Positions 8,895 to 21,599 are shown, numbered from the stretch's first letter. The stretch: DNA of 64,000 nt from an uncultured candidatus Brocadiaceae bacterium (GCA_964421565.1 CAYQXJ010000001.1:192241-256240); one strand, 5' to 3'. Numbers and translations: made by a program. Notes: generated by a model not told the origin, from the sequence alone.

Positions 8895-10406
8895 TTGCGA
8901 TTGACAGCGGGGGGCGGAGCGGGCAGGATGAGCCGCGTCGAAGGGACGGCGCTCAGGCGCCTGTGCGAATGTAGAGATGCGCAGCGGGCCTGGGCGCATC
9001 GGGCGATTGAGTGCCGCCTGGCCGTGCTGCGTCGCTTTCGGTATGCCGTTGCGCGCCGGGCGCAGGCGCTTGTCGACGCAGTAGGGCAGTCTGACCGGCG
9101 GGCGTGTGGCGAAACCCTGGCCGCCGAGGTTTTGCCCCTGGCTGAGGCCTGCCGCTACCTGGAAAGGCGGGCGCGGGGCGTGCTGGCACCGCGCCGGGAT
9201 CGAGCCCGTTTCGGTCCGCCGCCGATCGGCGGCACTGAGCTGGAAGTGCGACGGGAGCCATGGGGCGTGGTGCTGGTCATCGGCCCGTCCAACTACCCCC
9301 TGCTTCTGCCGGGTGTACAGGCCCTACAGGCGTTGGCGGCAGGCAACGCTGTGCTGCTGAAGCCCGCTCCGGGTGGTCTGCTGGTCGCGGAACTGGTGCG
9401 TGAACTCCTCATCCAGGCCGGCCTGGACGAGGGACTGTTCTGCGTGCTGAGTGAATCGGTCGAGGCCGCGAAGGGGGCCATAGAGGCCGGCGTGGACAAG
9501 GTCGTGCTAACGGGGTCGGTTGCCAGTGGGCGGGCCGTGCTGCGGCAGCTTGCCTTGCACACCACGCCGGCGGTGATGGAACTGTCTGGCTGCGACGCGA
9601 TGTACGTGATGCCCGAGGCCGATCTGGACCTCGTCGCCCGCGCGGCCGCGTTCGGGGTGACGGCAAACGGCGGGGCCACCTGCATAGCTCCGAGGCGAGC
9701 GTTCGTGCCGCGGAACATCAGCCGCGAACTGGAAGAGCGCTTGCGCGACCGACTGCGAGACGCGGGATCGGCGCGCCTGCAGGAGCGCGCCGCCAGACTT
9801 GCCGCGCGCCTGGTGCGCGAGGCGCTTGCGGACGGGGCGCGGATCGTAACGGGCGAGCCGCCGAGTGGGTGCCGCATGAGGCCCTTGCTGCTGGCGGGCG
9901 TGTCGCCCGAGACGAAGCTGGTGCAGCAGGACGTATTTGCGCCGGTGCTCTCGATCTTGCCCGTGCGCGACATGCAGGAGGCTGTGCGCGCGGATGAGCA
10001 ATGTCCTTACGCGCTCGGGGCATCGGTCTTCGGGCCGGAACGGTCGGCGCGTCGTCTGGCCCGAAGTGTGCGGGCCGGGTGCGTCACGGTGAACGACATC
10101 GTGGCCCCCACGGCCGACCCACGCCTGCCGTTCGGTGGTTGGGACGCGAGCGGATACGGCGTGACGCGCGGCAGGGAGGGCTTGCTGGCGATGACGCGTG
10201 TCAAGACCATCGCCGTCGCCCGCGGCCGCCTGAGGCCGCATCTGCGTATGCAGCGCGCCGGCGACGGGCAGGTCATGGAATCGATCATCACCTTACGGCA
10301 CGATGGGCGCTGGCGGGCCAGGGCGCGTGCGCTGCTGGCCCTCTTGCGGGCCGTGCTGCAGGGCTCAGGTGAGACGAGAGCACAGAAGGAGCGAGCCGAT
10401 GGGTAG
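8895..10406 (+). CDS. Aldehyde dehydrogenase family (candidate 4,4'-diapolycopene aldehyde dehydrogenase)
   Basis: 503 aa. ALDH core GPSNYPLLL...KPAPGG...ELSGCDAMYV (catalytic Cys) ...TANGGATCIAPRR. Stop overlaps the start of the next CrtI-family gene (ATGGGTAG). Confidence 0.8.
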   Translation: MRLTAGGGAGRMSRVEGTALRRLCECRDAQRAWAHRAIECRLAVLRRFRYAVARRAQALVDAVGQSDRRACGETLAAEVLPLAEACRYLERRARGVLAPRRDRARFGPPPIGGTELEVRREPWGVVLVIGPSNYPLLLPGVQALQALAAGNAVLLKPAPGGLLVAELVRELLIQAGLDEGLFCVLSESVEAAKGAIEAGVDKVVLTGSVASGRAVLRQLALHTTPAVMELSGCDAMYVMPEADLDLVARAAAFGVTANGGATCIAPRRAFVPRNISRELEERLRDRLRDAGSARLQERAARLAARLVREALADGARIVTGEPPSGCRMRPLLLAGVSPETKLVQQDVFAPVLSILPVRDMQEAVRADEQCPYALGASVFGPERSARRLARSVRAGCVTVNDIVAPTADPRLPFGGWDASGYGVTRGREGLLAMTRVKTIAVARGRLRPHLRMQRAGDGQVMESIITLRHDGRWRARARALLALLRAVLQGSGETRAQKERADG

Positions 10407-11955
10407 CGCACATGGGCGGGTCGGGGTGGTAGGGGGCGGCCTTGGGGGACTGGCGGCTGCGTGCACGCTGGCCGCGCGGGGGCACGAGGTTGTGCTGTTC
10501 GAGCGCAACTCGTGGCTCGGCGGCAAGGCGGCCGTCCTCGAACGTGATGGGTTCCGCTTCGACATGGGCCCCACCATACTGACCTTGCCCGGCGTGCTGA
10601 AGCGCATCTTCGCAGAATCCGACACCAGGCTGGCGGACGCCCTGGAGTTGGTGCGTCTCGATCCGCAATGGCGTTGCTTCTTCGAGGGCGGAGGGCGCCT
10701 TGACCTGCGGGAGGATACCGAGGCCATGGCCGCGGGGCTGGAGGAATGGGCGGCGGGCATGGGAGAGGGCTACCGCTGCTTCATGGAAGCATCCGCCGAG
10801 CTGCACCGGATCTCCGACGACTACTTCTTCTGGCGGCCGATCGGTGGGCTCTCGGACATGACCGACGGCACGCGCACGCTCTCGCTGAACGGGCTGAAAC
10901 TCGCCCTCAAGATGCACCCCGCCCGCACGGTGGCCGGACTGGTGCGCAAGCACCTGCCGGAGAAGTGCATTGCCCAGTTGGCCGATCACTTCACTCAGTA
11001 TGTCGGCTCCTCGCCCTTCAAGGCGCCGGCCATACTCTGCTCCATAGCGCACATGCAGACTGAACAGGGCCTGTGGTACCCTATGGGCGGCACCGGCGCG
11101 GTGCCCCGGGCGCTGGCCGAACTGGCGGCCGACCTGGGAGTGGAAGTGCGCCTGCGCACGGCCGTTCAGCGTGTGCTGCTGCGACGAGGGCTTGCGGTGG
11201 GCGTGGAGACCGCCGACGGGGCGAAGCTGGAGCTGGCGGCCGTTGTCTCCAACTGCGACTCGGTCAGAACGTTCGCGGAGCTGCTCGGAGGAGAGCCAGC
11301 AAGGCGGTTCAGGAAGCGCCGCCGCTACGAGCCCGCCTGCTCCGGTGTGGTGCTCTACCTGGGCCTGAGCGAGAGATATCCCCACTTGTCGCATCATAAC
11401 TTCGTCTTCTCGCGAGACGCCCGGGAGGAGTTTAACGCCATCTACAACCGGGGCGAGCCAGCGCCCGATCCGACCTGTTACGTCTGCGCGCCCGCGCAGA
11501 CGGACGCCACGGTGGCGCCGAAAGGCGGCGAGGCGCTCTATGTGCTGGTGCACACGCCCCACCTGGGCGGCGGGCAGGACTGGGAAGCGCTCTACCCTCA
11601 GTACCGAAGCACCATCGTGGCAAAGCTGGCCCGCACCGGCGCAATGCCCGACCTGGAGGACCGGATCGTGTGCGAGGACTTCCTCACCCCCCGGGATATC
11701 GATGCCCGCTACCACGTGCTCAGGGGCGCCATCTACGGGCTGGCGAGCCACGGGCGCCTGACGGGCGCGTTCAAGCCTAACAACCGGAGCCCCGACATCG
11801 CCGGCCTCTACCTGGCGGGCGGCTCGGCGCACCCCGGGGCCGGGATGCCTATGGTCATGATGTCCGGATGGATAGCCGGCGACGCTGTGGATCGCGACCT
11901 CGGCGGGCAGGACGGCAGAAGCACACTTGAGTCCGAGGGAGGCGCAGATGGCTGA
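10398..11955 (+). CDS. CrtI-family FAD-dependent desaturase/oxygenase (CrtN/CrtP-like)
   Basis: Start MGSAHGRVGVVGGGLGGLAAACTLAARGHEVVLFERN is a Rossmann GxGxxG fold. Phytoene-desaturase-family length and blocks. Overlaps the ALDH stop. Confidence 0.8.
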
Positions 11956-13465
11956 CAAACGCATACTGGTGGTGGGCGCCGGTCCCGGCGGGCTCACGTG
12001 CGCCATGATCCTGGCACACCGCGGTTTCCAGGTAACAGTTCTGGAGGCCAGGGAACATGTCGGCGGGCGCAATTCCCCCATCACTCTCGGTGGCTACAGT
12101 TTCGATGCCGGGCCGACCTTCCTGATGATGAAGTTCATCCTCGATGAGGTGTTCCGGGAGGCCGGCCACCGCAGCGAGGATTACCTGGAGTTCACCTGGC
12201 TGGACCCTATGTACCGGCTCGTGTTTCCGGATTTCGAAATCGACGTTACCCCAGACCATGAGCGCATGCACAGGGCCATCGCCGAACGCTTTCCGGGTCA
12301 CGAAGACGCCCTGTACGACTTCCTTGAGCGCGAGGGGAAGCGGTTCAAGAAGCTCTACCCCTGCCTGCAGAAACCCTACGGCAGCTTCACGGAGTTCTTC
12401 GCTCCAGTGCTCCTGAAGGCGATCCCGCACCTGAGCCTGACCAAATCGGTGTTCGAGAACGTGCAGGGGTACTTCGAACGGGAGAAGCTCACCCTCTGCT
12501 TCACCTTCCAGGCGAAGTACCTGGGCATGTCACCCTGGGATTGCCCGGGCGCCTTCACCATACTGCCCTATATTGAGCACGGCTACGGCATCTACCACGT
12601 GCAGGGCGGCCTGTGGGAGCTGTCACGGGCCATGTCCGACGTGGTGCGCGAAGAGGGGGGCGAGGTTCGCCTCGGCACGACGGTGCGGCGTCTGGTGGTG
12701 GAAGGGAGGGCAGTGCGGGGGGTGGAACTGGAGGACGGCGAGGTGCTGGAGGCGGACGATGTCGTGCTGAACGCCGACTTCGGCCACGCCATGTGCAACA
12801 TGGTGGAGCCGGGCCACTTGAAGAAGTGGGCCCCCGACCGCCTCGCCGAAAAGGCGCTCTCCTGCTCCACCTTCATGCTCTACCTCGGCCTCGACACCAC
12901 GTACGACGTAGCGCACCACAACATCATCTTCGCCGACCAGTACCGCGCCAACCTGGAGGATGTTTTCGACCGGCAGGTGCTCTCCGACGACATCTCGTTC
13001 TACATCCGCAATGCCAGCATCAGCGACGATTCACTGGCGCCTGCAGGGCACTCGGCCGTTTACGTTCTGGTGCCGGTGCCGAACAACCGGAGCGGCATCG
13101 ATTGGCAGGCGGAGCGGGACGGCTTCCGGCAGGTAGTCCTCGACCGCATGGAACAGCGGGGCGGCATGCCGGGCCTGCGCGAACACATCCGGGCCGAGCA
13201 GGTGATCACTCCATTCGACTGGGAACACGACTACAACGTGTACGAGGGCGCCACGTTCAACCTGGGGCACCAGATACGCCAGCTCATGTACTTCCGCCCG
13301 CGCAACAGGTTCGAGGAGCTGGACCACTGCTACCTGGTCGGCGGGGGCACGCATCCCGGCAGCGGCCTGCCGACCATATACGAATCGGGTCGCATCTCGG
13401 CGAACCTCATCTGCGAGGCCCACAACGTTCCCTATTCGAAGCCGCAGCCGCTGCCGGCGCCCTGA
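11948..13465 (+). CDS. CrtI-family FAD-dependent desaturase (CrtN-like)
   Basis: MADKRILVVGAGPGGLTCAMILAHRGFQVTVLEAREHVGGR. Start overlaps the previous stop (ATGGCTGA). C-terminal GGGTHPGSGLP block is typical of phytoene desaturases. Confidence 0.8.
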   Translation: MADKRILVVGAGPGGLTCAMILAHRGFQVTVLEAREHVGGRNSPITLGGYSFDAGPTFLMMKFILDEVFREAGHRSEDYLEFTWLDPMYRLVFPDFEIDVTPDHERMHRAIAERFPGHEDALYDFLEREGKRFKKLYPCLQKPYGSFTEFFAPVLLKAIPHLSLTKSVFENVQGYFEREKLTLCFTFQAKYLGMSPWDCPGAFTILPYIEHGYGIYHVQGGLWELSRAMSDVVREEGGEVRLGTTVRRLVVEGRAVRGVELEDGEVLEADDVVLNADFGHAMCNMVEPGHLKKWAPDRLAEKALSCSTFMLYLGLDTTYDVAHHNIIFADQYRANLEDVFDRQVLSDDISFYIRNASISDDSLAPAGHSAVYVLVPVPNNRSGIDWQAERDGFRQVVLDRMEQRGGMPGLREHIRAEQVITPFDWEHDYNVYEGATFNLGHQIRQLMYFRPRNRFEELDHCYLVGGGTHPGSGLPTIYESGRISANLICEAHNVPYSKPQPLPAP

Positions 13466-13511
13466 GAATGCCTTGCCGGCTAAGTGGTCGCGCGGAGCGC
13501 AGCCCGGCCCT

Positions 13512-13898
13512 TCAGTCCCTGTCGGTCGCCTTGCGCACTTCGGCGAGCAGCTTTTCAGGGCTGACCGGCTTGTCCAGGAACTCGTCCACCGGCAGCCATA
13601 TCTCGTCGCTGTCGAACCGCCAGGGCACCTCCTGGTTCACGGCGGTCAGCATGATGATGGGTATCGTTGCCGTTTCCTCCTGGCTGCGTAGCCAGCGCGC
13701 GGCGTCGAATCCTGCCGTGCGAGTCTCCATCATTACGTCCAGGATGATCACGGCGGGCTGCTCTTCGACAGCCGCTTTCTTGCCGTCTTCGCTGTTGTAG
13801 GCGGTTACGACCTTGAAGTCGTTGCTCTCCAACAGCACTTTGGTCACTTCGACGAAGTCCTTCTCGTCATCTACCAGCAGCACCTTCTTGCCAGCCAA
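13512..13898 (-). CDS. Single-domain response regulator (CheY-like receiver)
   Basis: 128 aa. KKVLLVDDE...IILDVMM...IIMLTA...DEFLDKP receiver signature. Confidence 0.85.
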   Translation of the reverse strand: MAGKKVLLVDDEKDFVEVTKVLLESNDFKVVTAYNSEDGKKAAVEEQPAVIILDVMMETRTAGFDAARWLRSQEETATIPIIMLTAVNQEVPWRFDSDEIWLPVDEFLDKPVSPEKLLAEVRKATDRD

Positions 13899-13954
13899 AG
13901 CAGGTTCCTCCTTCTGGTGCTCAGCCGGCCGTTCAGCCGGCTCGGGCTCAGTAT

Positions 13955-15943
13955 TCAGCGTTGTTCGCTGTCTTCGGTTGTCTGTGCGGCCCCGTCGCCA
14001 TCGGCCTCCTGTTCCGGGGGCAGCACGGGCAGCGTGAATATGAAGCTAATCCAACCGCCGGGCCTGGACTCGGCACGGATATCGCCGCCGTGCTTGCGGA
14101 TGATCTCTCGCGTGATGAACAGGCCGAGCCCCGTTCCACGGCGCCCGGCGCGGTCCGTATCGTCGAAACGGGCGAACTTCTTGAACAGGGCGTCCACCTT
14201 GCCGCTCGGCAGCCCGGCGCCTTCGTTCCAGACCTCCAACCGGTATGCCGACTCGCTCTGCTGCTCGCACAGCAGCCTTATTGTGCCGCCTTCGCGCCCG
14301 TATTTCAATGCGTTGTCGAGCAGATTCTTGTACACCACCCTCAGAAGCGACATGTCGCCCCAGAGCGGAGCCCGCTCCGGCAGTTCGTTCTGAATGGCGA
14401 CGTCGTGCTCTTCGGCGGCTGGTGCGAGCTCCTCCACGACGGGCGTTACCACGTCCTCGACCAGGTCGATCGGCCGCTTGTTAACCTGCAGCTCCCCTTG
14501 CTCAATATGCGCCAGGTCCAGGTACTGGCGCGTCATGGTCACCGCCGTCTCGATGCTGCGGCGGATGCTGCGCACCAGCCTTGCCTGGGGTTCGGACATC
14601 TGCCCGATGAGGCCGCTGTCCAGGCTGCGCGCGGCGGTGAAGATGATGCCCAGCGTGTTCTTAAGCTCGTGGCTTACGAAGCCCAGCAGGTCCAGGTAGT
14701 CGGCGTTTAGCTGCTGCAGCTCGCGGTTGGCCCGCTTCAGCCGCTGCTCGCGGTCGTACAGGCTGACGGTCATGGTGTTGAAGGCATTGGTCAGGTCGCG
14801 GATCTCGTCACGGCTCGCGGGCTCCTGCACGCTGTGCTCCAGATCGCCGCCGGCCACCTTTGTGGCGGCCTCTGCCAGTCGGTGTAGCGAACCGGTCAGC
14901 CGAGCGGCGAAGAGCATGCCGACACCGACGACCACGAGCGCTACCAGCAGGGATAGTCCGCCGAATACGGCCCAGAGCTCCCGACGAGCGTCGTCGTACT
15001 TCTCGGCCAGCACGCCGACGTACAGAATGCCGATGGTCTTGCCTTCCGGGTCATGGATGGGGTCGTAGGCGCTGATATACCAGTCGTTGACTACGAAGGC
15101 TCGGTCGTACCAGCTCTGGTCGTTCTCGAGCACGCGGTCGTAGACTTCCTGCGAAACCCGGGTTCCGAGCGCCCGGTTGCCGTTGGCCTTCACGACGTTC
15201 GTGGCAATGCGCACGTCCCACTGGAATATGGTCACCGTGCCCAGGTGCCGGCCCTCATAGCGTTGATCCTCGAAGACGATGGAGCGGATGTGGTCTACCA
15301 ACTTGTGGTTCCGGTTCAGCAGGACGCCGGCATATGCGACGCCCATCCGATCACCGAACTCGTCCAGTGCGGGCACAGCCGCCATCAGGGCCATGCCGGA
15401 TGCCTCGGAGTCCCTGGCACGGGGCTTTGCCTTGGGGGTCGGCTCAAAGACAATGTACGCCTGTTCGGGCAGCCCGAGACCTTCCGCGCGCAGGCGATTC
15501 GGGCTCAGCAGCGAAAAGCCCGTCGCGCTCTCGCCCTTGAGGGCTGCCTCGACCAGGGCGTCGCCGGCCAGCATGTCTCCGGTCTCGTACGGGTCGCAAG
15601 TGCGCAGCACCACCCGGCCGCGCCGGTCGGTGAAAGCCAGGAAGTCGAGGCCGGCCAGTCGACGGATGCTTTCCAGTTCGGCGCGCACTTCCGTCAGCTC
15701 CTCTGTGCCGGCGTACAAACGCGCCACGCGCTCTCCGCGGCCCAGGGCACGCAGCAGCAACTGCATTTTCTGCAGCTCGCCATTCAGCACGCTCCAGGCC
15801 GACCTCAGGTCCAGGCTCACTCGCCTTTGGGCCTCGTTGACCACCGTGCGGTTGATGACGACGGCACCGACCACGCCAGCCAGCAGACCAAACATGGCGA
15901 CCAGGAGCACGAAGTTGAGGAAGACTCGTGTGCGCAGCTTCAT
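13955..15943 (-). CDS. Sensor histidine kinase with periplasmic double-Cache domain, HAMP, HisKA and HATPase
   Basis: 662 aa. N-terminal TM, Cache-like sensor region, second TM, HAMP, H-box FVSHELKNTLGII, N/G boxes (NLLDNALKY, GTGLGL). Confidence 0.85.
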   Translation of the reverse strand: MKLRTRVFLNFVLLVAMFGLLAGVVGAVVINRTVVNEAQRRVSLDLRSAWSVLNGELQKMQLLLRALGRGERVARLYAGTEELTEVRAELESIRRLAGLDFLAFTDRRGRVVLRTCDPYETGDMLAGDALVEAALKGESATGFSLLSPNRLRAEGLGLPEQAYIVFEPTPKAKPRARDSEASGMALMAAVPALDEFGDRMGVAYAGVLLNRNHKLVDHIRSIVFEDQRYEGRHLGTVTIFQWDVRIATNVVKANGNRALGTRVSQEVYDRVLENDQSWYDRAFVVNDWYISAYDPIHDPEGKTIGILYVGVLAEKYDDARRELWAVFGGLSLLVALVVVGVGMLFAARLTGSLHRLAEAATKVAGGDLEHSVQEPASRDEIRDLTNAFNTMTVSLYDREQRLKRANRELQQLNADYLDLLGFVSHELKNTLGIIFTAARSLDSGLIGQMSEPQARLVRSIRRSIETAVTMTRQYLDLAHIEQGELQVNKRPIDLVEDVVTPVVEELAPAAEEHDVAIQNELPERAPLWGDMSLLRVVYKNLLDNALKYGREGGTIRLLCEQQSESAYRLEVWNEGAGLPSGKVDALFKKFARFDDTDRAGRRGTGLGLFITREIIRKHGGDIRAESRPGGWISFIFTLPVLPPEQEADGDGAAQTTEDSEQR

Positions 15944-16072
15944 CCGCTACCGTTCCGGGGTGCAGGCCCCCCCCCCTCCATCGCAGATCGGACATCACAT
16001 GCCGACCGGGGAGCCTCCACAACCCGGCGCTCCCCGTGCGCGCAGGTTGATTATACACGAAAAGAAAGGGGT

Positions 16073-16088
16073 TGTGAAAAAAATCACG
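16073..16088. promoter_or_regulatory. CRP/FNR-family-like palindrome TGTGA-N6-TCACG in the divergent hoxE/histidine-kinase promoter region
   Basis: ttGTGAaaaaaaTCACgc sits in a locally AT-rich stretch ~185 nt upstream of hoxE, followed by TTGACT at 16093-16098. Confidence 0.35.
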
Positions 16089-16271
16089 CAGATTGACTTG
16101 CGGCGCCTCGGCGAAAGCAATACGATACCGGGTGATACGCTTGCGCGGGGGGCGGCGCGCTGTTTCGTATCGCCCTTGCCAGATCAGGCGGGGGCCGAGT
16201 GGGCCGCGCAGCGCCCATCTTGGAGGAGTGCGGTCCGCCAGGGCTGCGGTGAGAGTCCCGAGGAGAACTGA

Positions 16272-16767
16272 ATGCGGAGCGACCTGAAGAAGCCGGAAGC
16301 GCCATCGGATGATGCCCGTTGGAAGCGGGTGAACGCCACGATGCGGCGCCACGGCTACCAACCGAACGCGCTTATCGAGACGCTGCACGCCGTTCAGGAC
16401 GCCTTCGGCTACCTGGAACCGGAGGCGCTCGACTACGTATGCAGCTCGCTCGACGTCCCCCCGAGCAAGACATTCGGCGTGGCCACCTTCTACCACTTCT
16501 TCACCCTGAAGCCGAAGGGCGAGCACACATGTGTTGTCTGCACGGGGACGGCGTGCTACATCAAGGGCGCTGGTGATATACTGTCGGCCATTGAGCGGCA
16601 GTACGATGTCACTCCCGGGGAGACCACCGACGACGGCAAGCTCTCGCTGCTGACTGCGCGCTGTCTCGGCTCCTGTGGGCTCGCGCCAGCGGCCGTCTTC
16701 GACGGAGAGGTGGCCGGCAAACTGACGCCGGAGGAGGCGCTCAACCGCATCCGGAGGATGATGAACG

Positions 16768-16778
<11 letters not shown>
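16272..16778 (+). CDS. hoxE: Bidirectional [NiFe] hydrogenase diaphorase subunit HoxE (NuoE-like 2Fe-2S)
   Basis: 168 aa. Thioredoxin-like [2Fe-2S] cysteines [10 protein letters not shown]...[18 protein letters not shown]. Confidence 0.85.
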
Positions 16779-18413
<1,635 letters not shown>

Positions 18414-18417
<4 letters not shown>

Positions 18418-19163
18418 ACGTGCCCGCGCAAACGCAATCGGAGGCGTTGCAGGCGCCGCTGCGCGTGAAGACGTTACGCATCGACGGCCTGCACGTGAGC
18501 GGCACCGAAGAGCAGACCATCATGGAGGTGGCCCGCGAACACGCCATCGAGATACCGGGCCTCTGCTACATGGAGGGCCTCTCCGTGGTCGGCGCCTGCC
18601 GGCTCTGCCTGGTCGAGGTCGCCGGCGTCGGCAAGCTGCTGCCGGCCTGTGCGACCAAAGTGCAGGAGGGTATGGAGGTGACGACTGACTCGCCGCGGCT
18701 GCAGAAGTACCGGCGGCGGATACTGGAGTTTCTGTTCGCCGAGCGCAACCACATCTGCGCCGTCTGCGTCGCGAACGGGAACTGCGAGCTGCAGACTCTC
18801 GCCCAGGAGCTGGGCATGGATCACGTGACCGTGCCCTACATGTATCCCAACGTCGGCGTGGATGCCACACACCCGCTGTTCGCGGTGGACCACAACCGAT
18901 GCATTCTCTGCACCCGCTGCGTCCGCGTGTGCGGCGAGATCGAAGGCGCACACACCTGGAGCGTCAAGGAGCGCGGCGTGGACGCGCGCGTGATCACGGA
19001 CATGGACCAGGACTGGGGCACGAGTTGGACGTGCACAGGCTGCGGCAAGTGCGTGCACGTCTGCCCCACCGGCGCACTCTTCGAGCGGGGCACCTCCGTG
19101 GCGGAGAGGGAGAGGCGCGAGTTTCTGCCGTACCTGACGAAGATGCGGGAGACCGAGCAATGA
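18414..19163 (+). CDS. hoxU: Bidirectional hydrogenase diaphorase subunit HoxU (NuoG N-terminal-like Fe-S)
   Basis: Start MNVPAQTQ at 18414, ATGA overlap with hoxF. 2Fe-2S CRLCLVEV and multiple 4Fe-4S motifs ([33 protein letters not shown]). Confidence 0.85.
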
Positions 19164-19690
19164 GCAAGGTGCGCCTGGCGACTGCGTGGCTCGAAGCCTG
19201 CTCCGGCTGCCACATGTCTTTACTGGACATGGACGAGCGGTTGATCGATCTGGCCGATCGGATTGACCTGGTCTACAGCCCCCTGGTGGACGCCAAGGAA
19301 TACCCCCGGGACGTGGACGTGGCCCTGGTGACGGGCGGCGTGGGTAACGAAGAGCAGGCGGAGTTGGCCAGGGAGATCCGCGAACGCACCAAGATACTGG
19401 TCTCGCTGGGCGACTGCGCCGTCACGGGCAACGTGCCCGCCTTGCGGAACCGCTTTCGGCTGGAGGACGTATACAATCGCAGCTTCAGGGAGAACGTCGA
19501 CCTGCAGGAGCAGGTTCCCGGCGAGGGTGTACCCCCCCTGACGCGACACGTGCTGCCGCTGCACCACGTCGTGCAGGTGGACGAGTTCGTGCCGGGCTGC
19601 GCGCCGGTGGCTGACCTGATCCATTTCATCCTGACCGAGCTGCTCGAGGGCCGAATCCCCGGGCTGGGCGTCAGGGCTCAGTTCGGATAG
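19160..19690 (+). CDS. hoxY: [NiFe] hydrogenase small subunit HoxY
   Basis: Start [20 protein letters not shown] at 19160, ATGA overlap with hoxU. Proximal-cluster Cys motifs; ~176 aa, typical of group 3d small subunits. Confidence 0.85.
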   Translation: MSKVRLATAWLEACSGCHMSLLDMDERLIDLADRIDLVYSPLVDAKEYPRDVDVALVTGGVGNEEQAELAREIRERTKILVSLGDCAVTGNVPALRNRFRLEDVYNRSFRENVDLQEQVPGEGVPPLTRHVLPLHHVVQVDEFVPGCAPVADLIHFILTELLEGRIPGLGVRAQFG

Positions 19691-19707
19691 GGGGGAGGGA
19701 GGCATAT

Positions 19708-21135
19708 ATGGCGCGTGAGATCGTCATAGATCCGGTCACTCGCATAGAAGGTCACGCGAAGATCACCATCCACCTGGCGGAGGACGGCGAGGTGGAGGAG
19801 GCGCGGTTCCACGTCACGCAGTTTCGCGGCTTCGAGAAGCTCGTAGACGGGCGCCCCTTCCACGAAATGCCCGCCATCACGGCGCGAATCTGCGGCATCT
19901 GCCCCGTCAGCCACCTGATCGCCTCCTCGAAGGCCTGCGACGGCCTGCTCGCGGTACAGATACCCCCGGCTGCGAACAGGCTGCGCCGGGTGATCAACCT
20001 CGGTCAGATCATCGAATCGCACGCTCTCAGCTTCTTCCACCTTTCCTCGCCGGACCTGATGCTCGGCATGGACGCCGAACCGGCGGAGCGCAACATCTTC
20101 GGACTGATCAAGGCGGACCCCCGCGCGGCGAGGGACGGCGTGCGGCTGCGCCAGTTCGGCCAGCAGGTGATCGAATGGTTCGGCGGCAAGCGCATACATC
20201 CCGCCTGGGTCGTGCCCGGCGGAGTGAACAATCCGCTGAAGCCGGAGCTTCGCGAACGCATCCTGGAAGCCATACCGGGCGTGCTGGACGTGGCGACCCG
20301 GTCGCTGGAATCCTTCAAGCGTCGCATCGAGGAGTTGGCTGAGGAGGCCCGCACGTTTGGCAACTTCCCCAGCGTCTTCATGAGCCTGGTGACCGAGGAC
20401 GGCGGGCTGGAGCTATACGACGGTAAATTGCGCTTCGGCAGTGCCACAGGCGAGATCATGGAAGATCAGGTCGATCCACAGCGCGTGTTCGACTATATAG
20501 GGGAAGCCGTCGAGCCCTGGAGCTACCTGAAGTTCCCCTACCTGAAGTCCGAAGGTTATCCGCAGGGCATGTACCGCGTGGGTCCGCTGGCGCGCCTTAA
20601 CCTGGTGGACCATTGCGGCACGCCCCGCGCCGACCAGGAACTGGCTGAATTCAAAGCGCTCCAGCGCGGCGCCGTGCTCAGCTCGTTCCACTACCACTAT
20701 GCCCGCCTGATCGAGATCGTCTTCGCCCTCGAACGCATGCGGGAACTGCTCCAGGACGAGAGCATAATGAGCAAACACGTCCGCGCCCGGGCGGGGCCCA
20801 ACGCGTGGCAGGGCATCGGCGTCTCTGAGGCGCCGCGCGGCACGCTGATCCACCACTACCGTATCGATGAGCAGGGCATCATGCAGTCGGCCAACCTGGT
20901 GATAGCCACCGCCCACAACAACCTGGCCATGAACCGCAGCGTCACCCAGGTGGCGAAGCACTTCGTGCGAGGCGAGAAGCTTCAGCAGGGCATGCTGAAC
21001 CGCGTTGAGGCGGTCATCAGGGCCTTCGACCCCTGCTTGAGCTGCTCGACTCATGCCCTCGGCAGCATGCCGATGCAGATCCAGCTCATCGGGCCGAGCG
21101 GCGAACTGATCGACAGGTTGCGGCGTGACGGATGA
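19708..21135 (+). CDS. hoxH: [NiFe] hydrogenase large subunit HoxH
   Basis: 475 aa. L1 motif [11 protein letters not shown]2 motif [12 protein letters not shown], and a ~26-aa C-terminal extension after His that the maturation protease removes. Confidence 0.9.
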   Translation: MAREIVIDPVTRIEGHAKITIHLAEDGEVEEARFHVTQFRGFEKLVDGRPFHEMPAITARICGICPVSHLIASSKACDGLLAVQIPPAANRLRRVINLGQIIESHALSFFHLSSPDLMLGMDAEPAERNIFGLIKADPRAARDGVRLRQFGQQVIEWFGGKRIHPAWVVPGGVNNPLKPELRERILEAIPGVLDVATRSLESFKRRIEELAEEARTFGNFPSVFMSLVTEDGGLELYDGKLRFGSATGEIMEDQVDPQRVFDYIGEAVEPWSYLKFPYLKSEGYPQGMYRVGPLARLNLVDHCGTPRADQELAEFKALQRGAVLSSFHYHYARLIEIVFALERMRELLQDESIMSKHVRARAGPNAWQGIGVSEAPRGTLIHHYRIDEQGIMQSANLVIATAHNNLAMNRSVTQVAKHFVRGEKLQQGMLNRVEAVIRAFDPCLSCSTHALGSMPMQIQLIGPSGELIDRLRRDG

Positions 21136-21599
21136 CACGGGTCCTGGTTATCGGATACGGCAGCGAAGTGCGGGGCGACGACGCATTGGGCTTCATTGCG
21201 GCGAAACGCATCGGGTCCGAAGTGGAGCGCGAAGATGTGCAGGTGCTGGCCAGGCACCTGCTGACCCCCGAACTGGCCGAAGCAGTCAGCCGGGCCGGCT
21301 TCGTCCTGTTCATCGACGCTTCGCTCGACGGGGAGCCGGGGACCATTCAGGAGAGTGACCTCTCGCCGCGCCAGGCGCGCGCCTCGTCGTTTACCCACCA
21401 TTTCGACCCGCCCGACCTGCTGGCGCTGGCCGAGGCGATGTACGGACGGGCGCCGCGGGCTGTTGCGCTCTCCGCGGTCGGGCTCACGTTCGAGGTGGGC
21501 GAGGCGCTCTCTGCCACGGTGTCGGCTGCGCTTCGCCGTCTGCTCGAGCGGGCGCGAGAGATCATTGCGCAAGAGGCCGGACCTGCCGGCCCCCCTTGA
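21132..21599 (+). CDS. hoxW: Hydrogenase maturation endopeptidase (HoxW/HycI family)
   Basis: 155 aa. [20 protein letters not shown] is the characteristic start of hydrogenase C-terminal proteases. ATGA overlap with hoxH. Confidence 0.8.
   Translation: MTRVLVIGYGSEVRGDDALGFIAAKRIGSEVEREDVQVLARHLLTPELAEAVSRAGFVLFIDASLDGEPGTIQESDLSPRQARASSFTHHFDPPDLLALAEAMYGRAPRAVALSAVGLTFEVGEALSATVSAALRRLLERAREIIAQEAGPAGPP

Noticed and set aside
16093-16126. TTGACT plus AGCAAT/TACGAT as the hoxE promoter hexamers
   Set aside because: The -35 is good but both candidate -10 elements are poor or badly spaced (17 nt to AGCAAT, 22 nt to TACGAT). Only the CRP-like site was reported, as a possible activator-dependent promoter.
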